In this document: piece by piece, positions 18,450 through 27,342 of the stretch
How positions within the stretch are numbered: position 1 is the first letter of the stretch
Layout: each line of letters begins with the position of its first letter
IMG/VR virus record: IMGVR_UViG_3300025840_003125
DNA: 64,000 bases
Origin: a virus
Reading direction: 5' to 3' (one strand)
Notes under the pieces: generated by a model
The model's database searches: none
Told to the model about the DNA's origin: nothing
The model's input: only the letters and a program-made list of their open reading frames with translations
Program-made: the position numbers and the translations under genes

Positions 18450-18891
18450 AGAACTAACTGCTTCTCAAACAGCAGATAGACATGGGATTAGTAATAATCC
18501 AAGCGAAGATCATATGGATAACTTAAAGAAGCTATGTGATAATGTTCTACAAAAAGTTAGAGATCATTATGGCAAAGTGGTATCTGTATCTTCAGGATAT
18601 AGAAGTCCTGAACTATGTTTAAAAATAGGTTCAAGTGCAAAATCACAGCACGCAAAAGGTCAAGCCGCGGATTTTGAAATCTTTGGCGTGCCGAATGCTG
18701 AACTAGCAAAATACATCATTGACTCGTTAGATTTTGACCAGTTGATATTAGAATATCATAATCCAGAAGAGCCTAACAGCGGTTGGATTCATTGTTCGTA
18801 CAAGAATGCTGAAGACAACAGAAAACAAGTATTAAGAGCATACAGAAATGATGATGGTAAGACGGTATATGAACCGTACGATCCCAGCTGA
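18421..18891 (+). CDS. peptidase M15 family (probable endolysin)
   Basis: LSKNFSLKEL, SSGYRS, SQHAKGQAADF, WIHCS. Confidence 0.85.
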   Translation: MQLSKNFSLKELTASQTADRHGISNNPSEDHMDNLKKLCDNVLQKVRDHYGKVVSVSSGYRSPELCLKIGSSAKSQHAKGQAADFEIFGVPNAELAKYIIDSLDFDQLILEYHNPEEPNSGWIHCSYKNAEDNRKQVLRAYRNDDGKTVYEPYDPS

Positions 18892-18970
18892 GCGTTTGAA
18901 CGTCTTAATAATGATAAAAAACTAGAGCAAGATAAGATCATAGATCAATATATGCAGAAAGGTATATGAG

Positions 18971-19528
18971 GTGAAGACGGTTATATTATTAATAGATTTT
19001 AAAGGACATCCTGCCCTCGGTAGCGAATATCTTAACAATAGGAGATATGCCGAGGTGCAGAAAATCTTAACAGATACACAAATAGATAGATCAAAAATAA
19101 TATTTGCAGTTTCCAAAGGCAATAAAGATTTAAAACTTGAAGAACTTAAATTTATGGCTAAACACCTTGATATTAAGTATTACGAATATGATTCACATAT
19201 AACCTTTGAAGATTTACAAAAACAATTACTTCAACACCACAATTTTTTAATGGGTACAGATAATACACAGATTATAATTGGTGGAACTAATACAGCAGGT
19301 TGTGTTATAAAATCATCTAAACCTATGAACGCAATTAATTCATATATTAAAGGTTATGCAACAACCATATATTTGCCAATGTGTGCTGAATATGAGCAAC
19401 CAGGTATTAATGATATTGAAAGAACAATGGTGTCTTTAGTTGATGTATATAAATGGATTAAAAAGTATGGAGCATATAAAATAAAACTTGAAACAAATTA
19501 TACAGAATTAAATTTACCCAAAAAATGA
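18971..19528 (+). CDS. cysteine hydrolase-fold protein, paralog 2
   Basis: ILLIDFKGHP, IIIGGTNTAGCV, GYATTIYLPMC. Confidence 0.6.
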   Translation: MKTVILLIDFKGHPALGSEYLNNRRYAEVQKILTDTQIDRSKIIFAVSKGNKDLKLEELKFMAKHLDIKYYEYDSHITFEDLQKQLLQHHNFLMGTDNTQIIIGGTNTAGCVIKSSKPMNAINSYIKGYATTIYLPMCAEYEQPGINDIERTMVSLVDVYKWIKKYGAYKIKLETNYTELNLPKK

Positions 19529-20199
19529 ATACACTTATATTATTAATAGACTTTGAGGGTGAAAAAGAATTACAAGATCAGAATTACCTACACAAAAGAT
19601 ATCTTGCTTTAGCGAACATATTATCTAATAGATACATAGATAGAGAAAAATGTTTAGTTGTCTTTAATACTTACAATAAACAGAAATCATGGATAAATCA
19701 ATGGTCTAAACCACTTGATGAAAAATTAAGAGCATTAAGTAAATTTGCATGGATTAATAAATGGCAAGTATTTGAAACATCAAAAGAAACTCAAACTGAA
19801 GATGGCTCAATAAAAGATATAGATATTGATTTTTTTATAGACACAATAAACAAAAAAGTATCAAATTTTCAATTTGATTCTAAAATTACAAAAGTAATAA
19901 TAGGTGGTACAGAAACATCAGGTTGTTGTTTAGATAGTAAAAAACTAGGTGCCTTAAATTGGGTAAAACGAGGTTACGATACAACAATATATTTACCTAT
20001 GATGTGTGATTATTCAACTGAAGGTGATACTTGGTATGAAAAACAACAATGTGGTTTTGTTAGCTTCTGGAGAACAGTAATTAACTCTAATTTAAGACCT
20101 GATTATTATACAAAATTGAGTGTAGAATACAAATATCAATCAATTTTAAAGAAATTACCAATGGTAACAAAAGATAAAAAAGTTGATCCATTAGCTTGA
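19525..20199 (+). CDS. cysteine hydrolase-fold protein, paralog 3
   Basis: ILLIDFEG, VIIGGTETSGCC, GYDTTIYLPMMC. Confidence 0.6.
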   Translation: MNTLILLIDFEGEKELQDQNYLHKRYLALANILSNRYIDREKCLVVFNTYNKQKSWINQWSKPLDEKLRALSKFAWINKWQVFETSKETQTEDGSIKDIDIDFFIDTINKKVSNFQFDSKITKVIIGGTETSGCCLDSKKLGALNWVKRGYDTTIYLPMMCDYSTEGDTWYEKQQCGFVSFWRTVINSNLRPDYYTKLSVEYKYQSILKKLPMVTKDKKVDPLA

Positions 20200-20224
20200 C
20201 AATATTGACAAATTGTGATATAAT
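20196..20224 (+). promoter_or_regulatory. sigma70-type promoter
   Basis: TTGACA-N17-TATAAT with TG. Confidence 0.8.
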
Positions 20225-20255
20225 AATTATATAAATTTATACGGAAAGGTATATT

Positions 20256-20957
20256 ATGTTTAAACATGTTAAATTGAATGAAGAAGTATTGCCTAAATCG
20301 TTAGGTGTGAAAGGCAAGAATCAAAACGGTGTAAGATATTATACTATTGATGGTGTTAATATGCCTTCCGTTACATCTATACTAGGACAAATACCCGAAA
20401 AACAAGCAGGTCTACAGGCATGGCGAAATGCAGTTGGTGAGAAAATGGCTAACTACATATCAACGTCTGCTGTCAATAGAGGTAAGACAACTCATACCTT
20501 GATTGAGAATCACTTGAACAACGAAGACGAGAAGTCGGTAGGTATAACTGCTGTTACACCACTAGGTCTTTTTAGAATTATTAAACCATATCTTGCTAGA
20601 ATAGATAACATACATTGCCTAGAAGAATACCTATACTCAAAAGAAATAAGTGTTGCAGGTCAGGTAGATTGTATTGCTGAGTATAGAGGTAAACTATCAG
20701 TTATTGATTTTAAGACCTCTACAAAGAAAAGGGATGCCAATTACAATTATGCTAACTTTTTACAATGTTCGGCATATGCAAAAATGTATGAAGAGCTATA
20801 CCCAAATCACAAAATAGAACAAACTGTTATATTAGCCACATGTGAAGATGGTTTTGTACAAGAATGGATACATACCGAAGATAAAATCAAAGAACACCAA
20901 GAGTTATTTTATAAACACACTAAAGACTTTTTTAACAGAAATAATATAAATAGTTAA
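20256..20957 (+). CDS. PD-(D/E)XK (Cas4/RecB-like) exonuclease
   Basis: PSVTSIL, RGKTTH, AGQVDCIA...IDFKTS, QCSAYA. Confidence 0.85.
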   Translation: MFKHVKLNEEVLPKSLGVKGKNQNGVRYYTIDGVNMPSVTSILGQIPEKQAGLQAWRNAVGEKMANYISTSAVNRGKTTHTLIENHLNNEDEKSVGITAVTPLGLFRIIKPYLARIDNIHCLEEYLYSKEISVAGQVDCIAEYRGKLSVIDFKTSTKKRDANYNYANFLQCSAYAKMYEELYPNHKIEQTVILATCEDGFVQEWIHTEDKIKEHQELFYKHTKDFFNRNNINS

Positions 20958-20960
20958 TAA

Positions 20961-21033
20961 AGAGTCAATAGTTGAATTAATAAAAAAGGCGATTTATATA
21001 TCCTACTTGCGACCATAACAGCTAAAGGGAAAT
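20961..21033 (+). promoter_or_regulatory. SAM-II/SAM-V-like riboswitch candidate
   Basis: AGTTGAA, GATTT, TTGC, GCTAAA-GGGA elements abutting the SD; follows late promoter TATAAATA (20945-20952). Confidence 0.35.
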
Positions 21034-21369
21034 ATGAAAAAAATATTAATAGTTTTAAGTATATTATTTGCAACTGTAGTTTATGCCGAGCATGAAGAAT
21101 TTAGTAATGAAGTTTATATGCAACAGGTACCTGCTTTATGTGGTACAGTAAATGCTATACAAACTTATGTTGATCATTATAAATTTAAACCATATCACTT
21201 AACACTAGGTAGAACAGGTATGGTAGAAGATGGTGAACCAGTTTATATGATAACTTATATGGTAAATGAAGATAATACACAATCAATTGCTGTATTAGAT
21301 ATACCAAGTGGACTTGAAAGATGTATTTTATTTCATACATTTGATTTAGTAGTGCCACAAAAGAATTAA
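21034..21369 (+). CDS. exported hypothetical protein
   Basis: Signal peptide MKKILIVLSILFATVVYA; two Cys. Confidence 0.7.
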   Translation: MKKILIVLSILFATVVYAEHEEFSNEVYMQQVPALCGTVNAIQTYVDHYKFKPYHLTLGRTGMVEDGEPVYMITYMVNEDNTQSIAVLDIPSGLERCILFHTFDLVVPQKN

Positions 21370-21593
21370 ACGTTGAAGGTAAGAGAATACCTGGAGAAGA
21401 CGTGGCTGCAATGCCACCCACTCCACCATTTAAACAATGAAATTTAAGGGGTGGAACTAGGATCGATTCACAGTTAAAACTTACTGGAGTTTAGTCGCTG
21501 ACAACGTAAAGTCATCTTATAAATGCTAACAATTTAGCGATGGCAGCTTAATACTGCTAAACGGTTTGCCTGTACCGAGTAACAGAAACAGGC
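21370..21593 (+). ncRNA. ssrA: circularly permuted (two-piece) tmRNA, tag (A)ANNLAMAA
   Basis: Acceptor piece ends GTGGC-TGCAAT-GCCAC-CCACTCC-ACCA (21428); 19-nt spacer; coding piece starts GGGGTGG (21448) giving a 7-bp acceptor stem with G3-U70, then GGATCGA; ATAAAT before tag ORF 21525-21551. Confidence 0.9.
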
Positions 21594-21621
21594 TTGACAA
21601 ACACGTAGATTGTGATATAAT
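21594..21621 (+). promoter_or_regulatory. sigma70-type promoter
   Basis: TTGACA-N16-TATAAT with TG. Confidence 0.7.
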
Positions 21622-21644
21622 ATTATTATAAAGTGAGGTAAATT

Positions 21645-21848
21645 ATGAGTGAAAATATAGAAAGAGATTCCCGTGAGCATGATATGACTTATGAGAATGA
21701 ACAATCAACGGTAACAATACCGTTAAAAGAATATGATAGACTAAAAGCAGAACAAACTTATATCACAGACCCAAGTTTAATTAGTATCATAGATAAAATA
21801 GAAGAACTAACAAGAGCATTAAGAAAACACATAGTAAGAAAATTCTGA
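21645..21848 (+). CDS. hypothetical protein
   Basis: SD GAGGT. Confidence 0.7.
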   Translation: MSENIERDSREHDMTYENEQSTVTIPLKEYDRLKAEQTYITDPSLISIIDKIEELTRALRKHIVRKF

Positions 21849-22069
21849 TGTTAATGAATAGTAAAAAGTTTGCTCAAATAATAGAGGCAATAGTAAAAGA
21901 GAAACGGATGTCCTATATGGATGCCGTGTTAAAATATTGTGAAGAAAATGATATTGACACAGCGTCTGTAGGTCCTTTAATCAACAAGTCACTAAAAGAA
22001 AAGATAAAAGAAGAGGCAGAAAAGCTAAACTTGGTTGAACGATCAAGCACAGCAATCTTACCTATATGA
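21848..22069 (+). CDS. gp33: late promoter transcription coactivator
   Basis: F...IE..V.EK.MSYMDAVL.YCEEN.ID......LI.KSLKEKI..EA..LN; synteny with gp59 and gp32. Confidence 0.85.
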   Translation: MLMNSKKFAQIIEAIVKEKRMSYMDAVLKYCEENDIDTASVGPLINKSLKEKIKEEAEKLNLVERSSTAILPI

Positions 22070-22668
22070 ACAGTTATGAGGCTTATACATTATATTTGGC
22101 TATTAAACTACACTTCACTTCCGATAGTTATGATTTTTACAGGCACAATGCCAAAGTTAATTCAACATTTAACACATTTTTAAAACGTAATGATAGGTTC
22201 TTTTTTCATAAACTTACAACTAAATATACAAAGGAAGAAATGCTAGACTATTTTGTATCTAATTTCTTTCATAATTCAAAAACATGGATAGGTAATCTAG
22301 TTAGAGCAGATGGAGAAACAACTTATAACAAGTGGAAAAAATATAATCAATCTTTTACGTACAATTTTAGAGGGGATTGTGTATTACTTTCTAATGTCAT
22401 TAATGATAATAGGATTCGGTTTGATGATTTGTTTCGTGTACATAGTGGGCAACATCCACGATTGCTACGATTACTTCTATCTGAAAAAATATCAGTACAG
22501 ACAATCATCATCTTGGATAAAGTTTTATCATTTGTTAAAAGATGGGACAAAGAGATTGCTGAAACAGTTATCTGGCCTGAAAAATCGTTTAAAATAAAGA
22601 AATTATCACCTTTTATTAAGTTTAACCTTACTAAATGTAAGTTTATAATGAAAGAGGTGTTTGTGTGA
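22066..22668 (+). CDS. gp59: helicase loader
   Basis: YLAIKLHFTSDSYD, KRNDRFFFHKL, HPRLLRLLL..KIS. Confidence 0.9.
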   Translation: MNSYEAYTLYLAIKLHFTSDSYDFYRHNAKVNSTFNTFLKRNDRFFFHKLTTKYTKEEMLDYFVSNFFHNSKTWIGNLVRADGETTYNKWKKYNQSFTYNFRGDCVLLSNVINDNRIRFDDLFRVHSGQHPRLLRLLLSEKISVQTIIILDKVLSFVKRWDKEIAETVIWPEKSFKIKKLSPFIKFNLTKCKFIMKEVFV

Positions 22669-22838
22669 GTGATGACTATGTACCTACGCCGTGCATAAAC
22701 ATATGTACGATTGACCAAGATAGTGGTTATTGCATGGGTTGTAGTAGAACACCAGATGAAATAGATAAATGGGGTAGGCCTGAAACAACTAAAGAATGGA
22801 AAGAAAACAATTTGAAGGAGTTGGATGGAAGAACGTAA
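22665..22838 (+). CDS. DUF1289-like Cys-rich (putative Fe-S) protein (57 aa, not in ORF track)
   Basis: TPCINICTIDQDSGYCMGCSRTPDEIDKW; GTG start after GAGGT. Confidence 0.8.
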   Translation: MSDDYVPTPCINICTIDQDSGYCMGCSRTPDEIDKWGRPETTKEWKENNLKELDGRT

Positions 22839-22989
22839 ACTAACAGAGCAAGAAGTAAGAGAAGAATACAGATCACAACGTAAGGACAGAGTCTTTGCTG
22901 CATGTTGGCCTGCTAATAATGATAGTTTTTACGAGTGGTGTTCTGAATATGTAGATTACAAACATATAACAAAAAATAAAAAGAAATGA
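22825..22989 (+). CDS. small hypothetical protein (54 aa, not in ORF track)
   Basis: SD AAGGAG; MEERKLTEQEVREEYR...; overlaps neighbours. Confidence 0.65.
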   Translation: MEERKLTEQEVREEYRSQRKDRVFAACWPANNDSFYEWCSEYVDYKHITKNKKK

Positions 22990-23297
22990 CAATTGAACCT
23001 ATAAGAGAAAAACTAGATGATAAGATTGCCAAACTAAACTCAAGCAGAGTTTATAAAAAGGTAACACCTAAAGGTGACTTGTCATGGTACATCAAGTGGG
23101 CAAGTAGTATTATATTAATTATTGCTATGATGTTTACAGCAGTAGAGTTGTTTCCTTTAAACATGTTTATTGCTAACATAGGTTTCATAGGTTGGTTAAC
23201 TGTAGGTTTGTTATGGCATGACAGGTCCTTAATTGTATTGAATGCTATATCACTTACAATATATTCTATGGGTTTATTGAATTATTATTATGGCTAA
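22986..23297 (+). CDS. small three-TM membrane protein
   Basis: WYIKWASS...PLNM...GWLTVGLLWHDRSLIVLN. Confidence 0.7.
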   Translation: MTIEPIREKLDDKIAKLNSSRVYKKVTPKGDLSWYIKWASSIILIIAMMFTAVELFPLNMFIANIGFIGWLTVGLLWHDRSLIVLNAISLTIYSMGLLNYYYG

Positions 23298-24141
23298 GAA
23301 ATATTTTGATGAAGAATGGCCTAGACAAGGTAAGATTATGAAAAAAAGAGCATTTATTATAGGTAATGGCGAGTCACGTAAGGACTTTGACTTGACAACA
23401 TTAAAAAAGCATGGTAAGATATATGCCTGTAATGCTTACTATAGAGATAATCCTCTACCAGATGTATTGATTGCTGTTGACAGCACAATGACACACGAAA
23501 TATATCACAAGGGTGTTGCTCATAAGATACCTTGTTACTTTAGAGAGTGGACTAAATGTCCCAACTTCATGTATGACACAATGGTGTTAGGCATGTTACA
23601 TACACAAGACAAAGACAAGGCAGATAGTTTTATAACTAATAAAGGCCCAACTAATTACTATGTTATGAATGCCCATACAATCAAAGGCAACGCAACAATA
23701 AGAAAAGAAGACGGTACGAAGTATAAGAAAGATATTGACAATACCCACATTTATGTGTCTTGGATCACAGACGGCGATAAGACACAAGAATGGGAAGACC
23801 CAGGATATCATGCTGGTGCAACAGCAGGTTATATTGCTTGCAAGTATGATACAATAGACGAAGTGTATATGATAGGTATGGATTTGAGATCGGATACAAA
23901 AATGTTCAATAACATTTACAAAGGCACTAAAAACTACTCATCAGCACATTATGAACCTAGTCCTACAGGCGTATGGGAAGCAGAGTGGTTACAAGTATTG
24001 AAAGACAACCCTAAAGTGTCATTTTTTAAGGTAAACAAGGCAGATGATGACAATACAACTAATCAAAAACTACTAGGAAACGAGAAGAATTTAACATATA
24101 TTACTCAAGCACAGCTGCTTGACAATATCAGTAAATGGTGA
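23290..24141 (+). CDS. DUF115/Maf-like (glycosyltransferase-related Rossmann) protein
   Basis: AFIIGNGESR, IYACNAYYRD..PDVLIAVD, AGATA, VYMIGMD. Confidence 0.55.
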   Translation: MAKKYFDEEWPRQGKIMKKRAFIIGNGESRKDFDLTTLKKHGKIYACNAYYRDNPLPDVLIAVDSTMTHEIYHKGVAHKIPCYFREWTKCPNFMYDTMVLGMLHTQDKDKADSFITNKGPTNYYVMNAHTIKGNATIRKEDGTKYKKDIDNTHIYVSWITDGDKTQEWEDPGYHAGATAGYIACKYDTIDEVYMIGMDLRSDTKMFNNIYKGTKNYSSAHYEPSPTGVWEAEWLQVLKDNPKVSFFKVNKADDDNTTNQKLLGNEKNLTYITQAQLLDNISKW

Positions 24142-24181
24142 TACAATATTATAATGGTTGAGTATGTTGCCAGTATAAATA
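24119..24181 (+). promoter_or_regulatory. tandem early and late promoters for gp32
   Basis: TTGACA-N17-TACAAT (24119-24147) and TATAAATA (24174-24181). Confidence 0.75.
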
Positions 24182-24239
24182 ATAGTAATACTTACATTAA
24201 TACAAATACGTACAACAATATATACAAGGAGAAAATACA

Positions 24240-25139
24240 ATGTCAAGTGCATTAGAAGCCCTAAAAAAGTCAAAGTCAAATTTTGACGTACTAACGAAGA
24301 AGTTAGAAAACACAATAGAACAACCCGAAAAGAAAAACAAGTACCAAGACGACAGGTTATGGAAACCTGAACTAGATAAGTCTGGCAATGGTTACGCAGT
24401 ATTGAGATTCTTACCTGCTGTAGAAGGCGAAGATATGCCTTGGCAGAGAGTCTGGAACCATGCGTTTCAAGGACCAGGTGGTCAATGGTATATTGAAAAC
24501 TCATTAACAACTTTAAACAAAAAAGATCCTGTTAGTGAAGAAAACACTAGACTATGGAATACTGGCATAGAAGCCGATAAAGAAATTGCTAGAAAAAGAA
24601 AAAGAAAGTTATCTTACTATTCAAATATTCTAGTAGTATCTGATCCAAAACATCCTGAAAACGAAGGTAAAGTTTTCTTATTCAAATTTGGTAAAAAGAT
24701 ATTTGATAAGATTACAGAAGCAATGAACCCAGCGTTTGAAGATGAAAAGGCTGTTAACCCATTTGATTTTTGGGAAGGTGCAAACTTTAAACTAAAAATC
24801 AGAAAAGTTGATGGTTATTGGAATTATGACAAATCTGAATTTGAGCAACCAAGTAGAGTAAAACCTACTGATGAGGAGATTGACAAAATATGGAAATCTC
24901 AACATGCTCTAAAGCCCTTCATTGACCCTAGTAATTTTAAATCTTATGATGAACTCAAAGAGAAACTGAATAAGACACTTACTGGACAAAGAAGTACCGA
25001 GTCAGTTGAAGATATTGACCTCCCACCTGTCAGCAATGACATACCAACGTCTTCTAACAATTCGGTAGAGAAAGTTGAATCGTCTAACGACAGCGATGAC
25101 CTGTCGTATTTTAGTAAACTAGCTGAAGACGATTCATAA
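24240..25139 (+). CDS. gp32: single-stranded DNA-binding protein
   Basis: DDRLWKP..DKSGNGYAVLRFLP, WYIENSLTT, FGKKIFDKI, NYDKSEF, acidic tail SYFSKLAEDDS. Confidence 0.97.
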   Translation: MSSALEALKKSKSNFDVLTKKLENTIEQPEKKNKYQDDRLWKPELDKSGNGYAVLRFLPAVEGEDMPWQRVWNHAFQGPGGQWYIENSLTTLNKKDPVSEENTRLWNTGIEADKEIARKRKRKLSYYSNILVVSDPKHPENEGKVFLFKFGKKIFDKITEAMNPAFEDEKAVNPFDFWEGANFKLKIRKVDGYWNYDKSEFEQPSRVKPTDEEIDKIWKSQHALKPFIDPSNFKSYDELKEKLNKTLTGQRSTESVEDIDLPPVSNDIPTSSNNSVEKVESSNDSDDLSYFSKLAEDDS

Positions 25140-25164
25140 TCTATCTCTCTCACTTTCTCAATAT

Positions 25165-25185
25165 GGGGTGCCTTCGGGCACCCTA
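25165..25185 (+). terminator. UUCG hairpin after gp32 (terminator or mRNA stabiliser)
   Basis: GGGTGCC-TTCG-GGCACCC; no strong U-tract. Confidence 0.55.
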
Positions 25186-25191
25186 CTAAAT

Positions 25192-25206
25192 GTTCACGTT
25201 TTGTTC
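25192..25206 (+). promoter_or_regulatory. alphaproteobacterial LexA (SOS)-type box
   Basis: GTTC-ACGTTTT-GTTC, 24 bp upstream of a -35. Confidence 0.6.
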
Positions 25207-25230
25207 TCATTTTACACACCAAAATAACGC

Positions 25231-25259
25231 TTGACAAAAGCCGTATTTTCTGATATACT
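25231..25259 (+). promoter_or_regulatory. sigma70-type early promoter
   Basis: TAACGC-TTGACA-N17-TATACT with TG. Confidence 0.8.
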
Positions 25260-25306
25260 TAAAGTAACAATGGTCATAAGACCTTTAAACTATAAGGAGT
25301 ATCGTA

Positions 25307-26878
25307 ATGATAACAATAAAAAAAACACTTGAAGTAGAACAAGTACCAAATGCTACATTTCAATGGTTATATACCAATCTTTCACACAAAACAATTGTAT
25401 CATGTCCAGAATTAATACAAAGGGCATTGATGAAACATAGATGGAATAATAAAGTTATAAAAGATTATTTTGAGTCTAACTTTGTATTTACTGGTGCTTC
25501 AAAAGCACAAACTTTTCATATAGTATCAAAGAAATCACTTTTAGATTCTTTTGAACATGCTCATACGTTGTGTTTAGATGATGATGAAAAGAATTTTTTA
25601 CAAGAGTGTATTGACATTATAAACTATTATGAAGACTCTGAATATTTTATTATTGATGGACAAAGTAGAGGTTATTTAGCACACTTACCTTTCTTTAATA
25701 GTGAATTTAAGTGGACAATGGATATCACTTTTGTTAACGAAGAAACAGGAGAAGAATATACAAAAAGTGATTTTTTCTTTGAAGATTTAACAGAAAATGA
25801 AAGAACTGCTTTTCTTTCACAAGAAATAACTGTTTTAAAATACACAAAAGGCACGTTGCAAGATTATGCTACATTAGTTGTAGGTATCAACCAAGGTTTA
25901 CAATGGGCTGATTCTGAAATGATGTGGACAAAATGGTTTGCAGGATTAAAGTTTGATATTAAAAAAGATATTATTCAAACATTGAACTGGAAAAATCTAT
26001 TTAAAAATGTTGTGACAGGTACAAGTGAAAAGTATGAGTACAATAGGGCAGGTTATGTTTCATTTATATTAGAAACTATACATTTATTAAGAAACCTTAA
26101 TAATTCATCCAGTAAGTTAAACTTTCCAAGCTCAACAGAAATGTTAAGTTGGTTTGATAAACCTTCCTTGTATGCAAAGAAGGTAGAACTTGATAAGTCA
26201 GAATATAAAATGTTAAAATTAATATTAAAACAGGTATCTGATATACAAGAAACAAATGTTAAATTACCTAAATTTGCAAACTTAACAAATTTAGTTATAA
26301 CAACAATGTTGATACTTAATAAAAATTCAGTTGAGGGTCAGAAAATGTTGAAAGAAACATTTACTACCTATAAAGATAAAACTTTTATTAGAGTTGAAAA
26401 TCCAGTTGAATTTATTAAAAAACTGGCAACAAGTGAGGTAGATGAATATTCTAAAGATATTTACCTAACTGATAGTAAAGGTAAACTTATAACTGATGAA
26501 CTTGGTAATAATAAGAAAAACTATGATTGTTACCATTATTATGGTTCTAAAAATAAAGGCGACTTTTTAATTAAAAGAAAAAATAATATTTTAAAAAGAT
26601 TACCAAAAATGTTAAAAGAACTTTATGATAAAAAAATAATATCAGTTTGTACAGATAGAGAATTTATTGACTATCTTGCAGTTTATGACCAAACTAATAA
26701 AACAGGTGGTATAAGTGATATGTTTGATAGACCAATTTCTAAAGATGAACTTTTAGATAAAAGTAAATTTCAAAAAGGTCATAATAAATCCTTGAGAAAA
26801 TCTGGCACAAATGATATTACAAATTTTACATTAGAAGATGGTCAGATTAATGTAAGAAAACAGGCACAAAACTATTAA
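25307..26878 (+). CDS. DUF262 (ParB/Srx-like) plus C-terminal HNH-like protein, GmrSD-like
   Basis: FIIDGQSR; INQG; C-terminal GH..S...SGT....N...E....N.RK. Confidence 0.55.
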   Translation: MITIKKTLEVEQVPNATFQWLYTNLSHKTIVSCPELIQRALMKHRWNNKVIKDYFESNFVFTGASKAQTFHIVSKKSLLDSFEHAHTLCLDDDEKNFLQECIDIINYYEDSEYFIIDGQSRGYLAHLPFFNSEFKWTMDITFVNEETGEEYTKSDFFFEDLTENERTAFLSQEITVLKYTKGTLQDYATLVVGINQGLQWADSEMMWTKWFAGLKFDIKKDIIQTLNWKNLFKNVVTGTSEKYEYNRAGYVSFILETIHLLRNLNNSSSKLNFPSSTEMLSWFDKPSLYAKKVELDKSEYKMLKLILKQVSDIQETNVKLPKFANLTNLVITTMLILNKNSVEGQKMLKETFTTYKDKTFIRVENPVEFIKKLATSEVDEYSKDIYLTDSKGKLITDELGNNKKNYDCYHYYGSKNKGDFLIKRKNNILKRLPKMLKELYDKKIISVCTDREFIDYLAVYDQTNKTGGISDMFDRPISKDELLDKSKFQKGHNKSLRKSGTNDITNFTLEDGQINVRKQAQNY

Positions 26879-27336
26879 AAAGTCTTTAAGTGGTCTTCGG
26901 TTAGTATCAGAAATTTCATATTTCGTTTTATACACCAAGCATACGCCGTTGACCACTTTCTTCTATTTCTCTCATAAGTAATCAACGCATTTTTATAAGT
27001 ACGGGTTTCACGTAAAGGTTTTTTAGGTTTGCGTGTTTGTGCTTTAGGTTTAATCTCTACAACAAACTTTTTGAATGTGCCGTCTGATTGTCTAACTTTC
27101 ATATAAAAATCAGGATAGTATCTATGTGGCCTATTGTCAACTGAACGATAGTAAATTGCTATTTCTTCACTACCCCATTCCATTACAGCCCTAGTTTTAT
27201 CACAATAAATCATAAAACGTTTCTCCCAACTAGACCTATAAATAATGTTGTTTACATTGCCTTTATATTTCTGTGGGTTGAGTGGTTTGTATATACCTGA
27301 ATAAGGGCGTTTATCTGGATTCTTCAACTTCTTCAT
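26875..27336 (-). CDS. gp4: head completion nuclease (TnsA-like)
   Basis: YKP.NPQKYKG...IIYRSSWE..FM.YCD...W.SEE...HRYYPDF...EIKP...ILTE. Confidence 0.9.
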   Translation of the reverse strand: MKKLKNPDKRPYSGIYKPLNPQKYKGNVNNIIYRSSWEKRFMIYCDKTRAVMEWGSEEIAIYYRSVDNRPHRYYPDFYMKVRQSDGTFKKFVVEIKPKAQTRKPKKPLRETRTYKNALITYERNRRKWSTAYAWCIKRNMKFLILTEDHLKTF

Positions 27337-27342
27337 AGAATC

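Noticed and set aside
20256-20957. CRISPR-Cas system (Cas4-like gene)
   Set aside because: No repeat-spacer array or other cas genes seen; this is a typical T4-like phage exonuclease
21398-21428. tRNA gene or attP fragment
   Set aside because: No anticodon arm; the matching 5' acceptor strand and tag ORF lie downstream, so it is a whole permuted tmRNA; no integrase in the window
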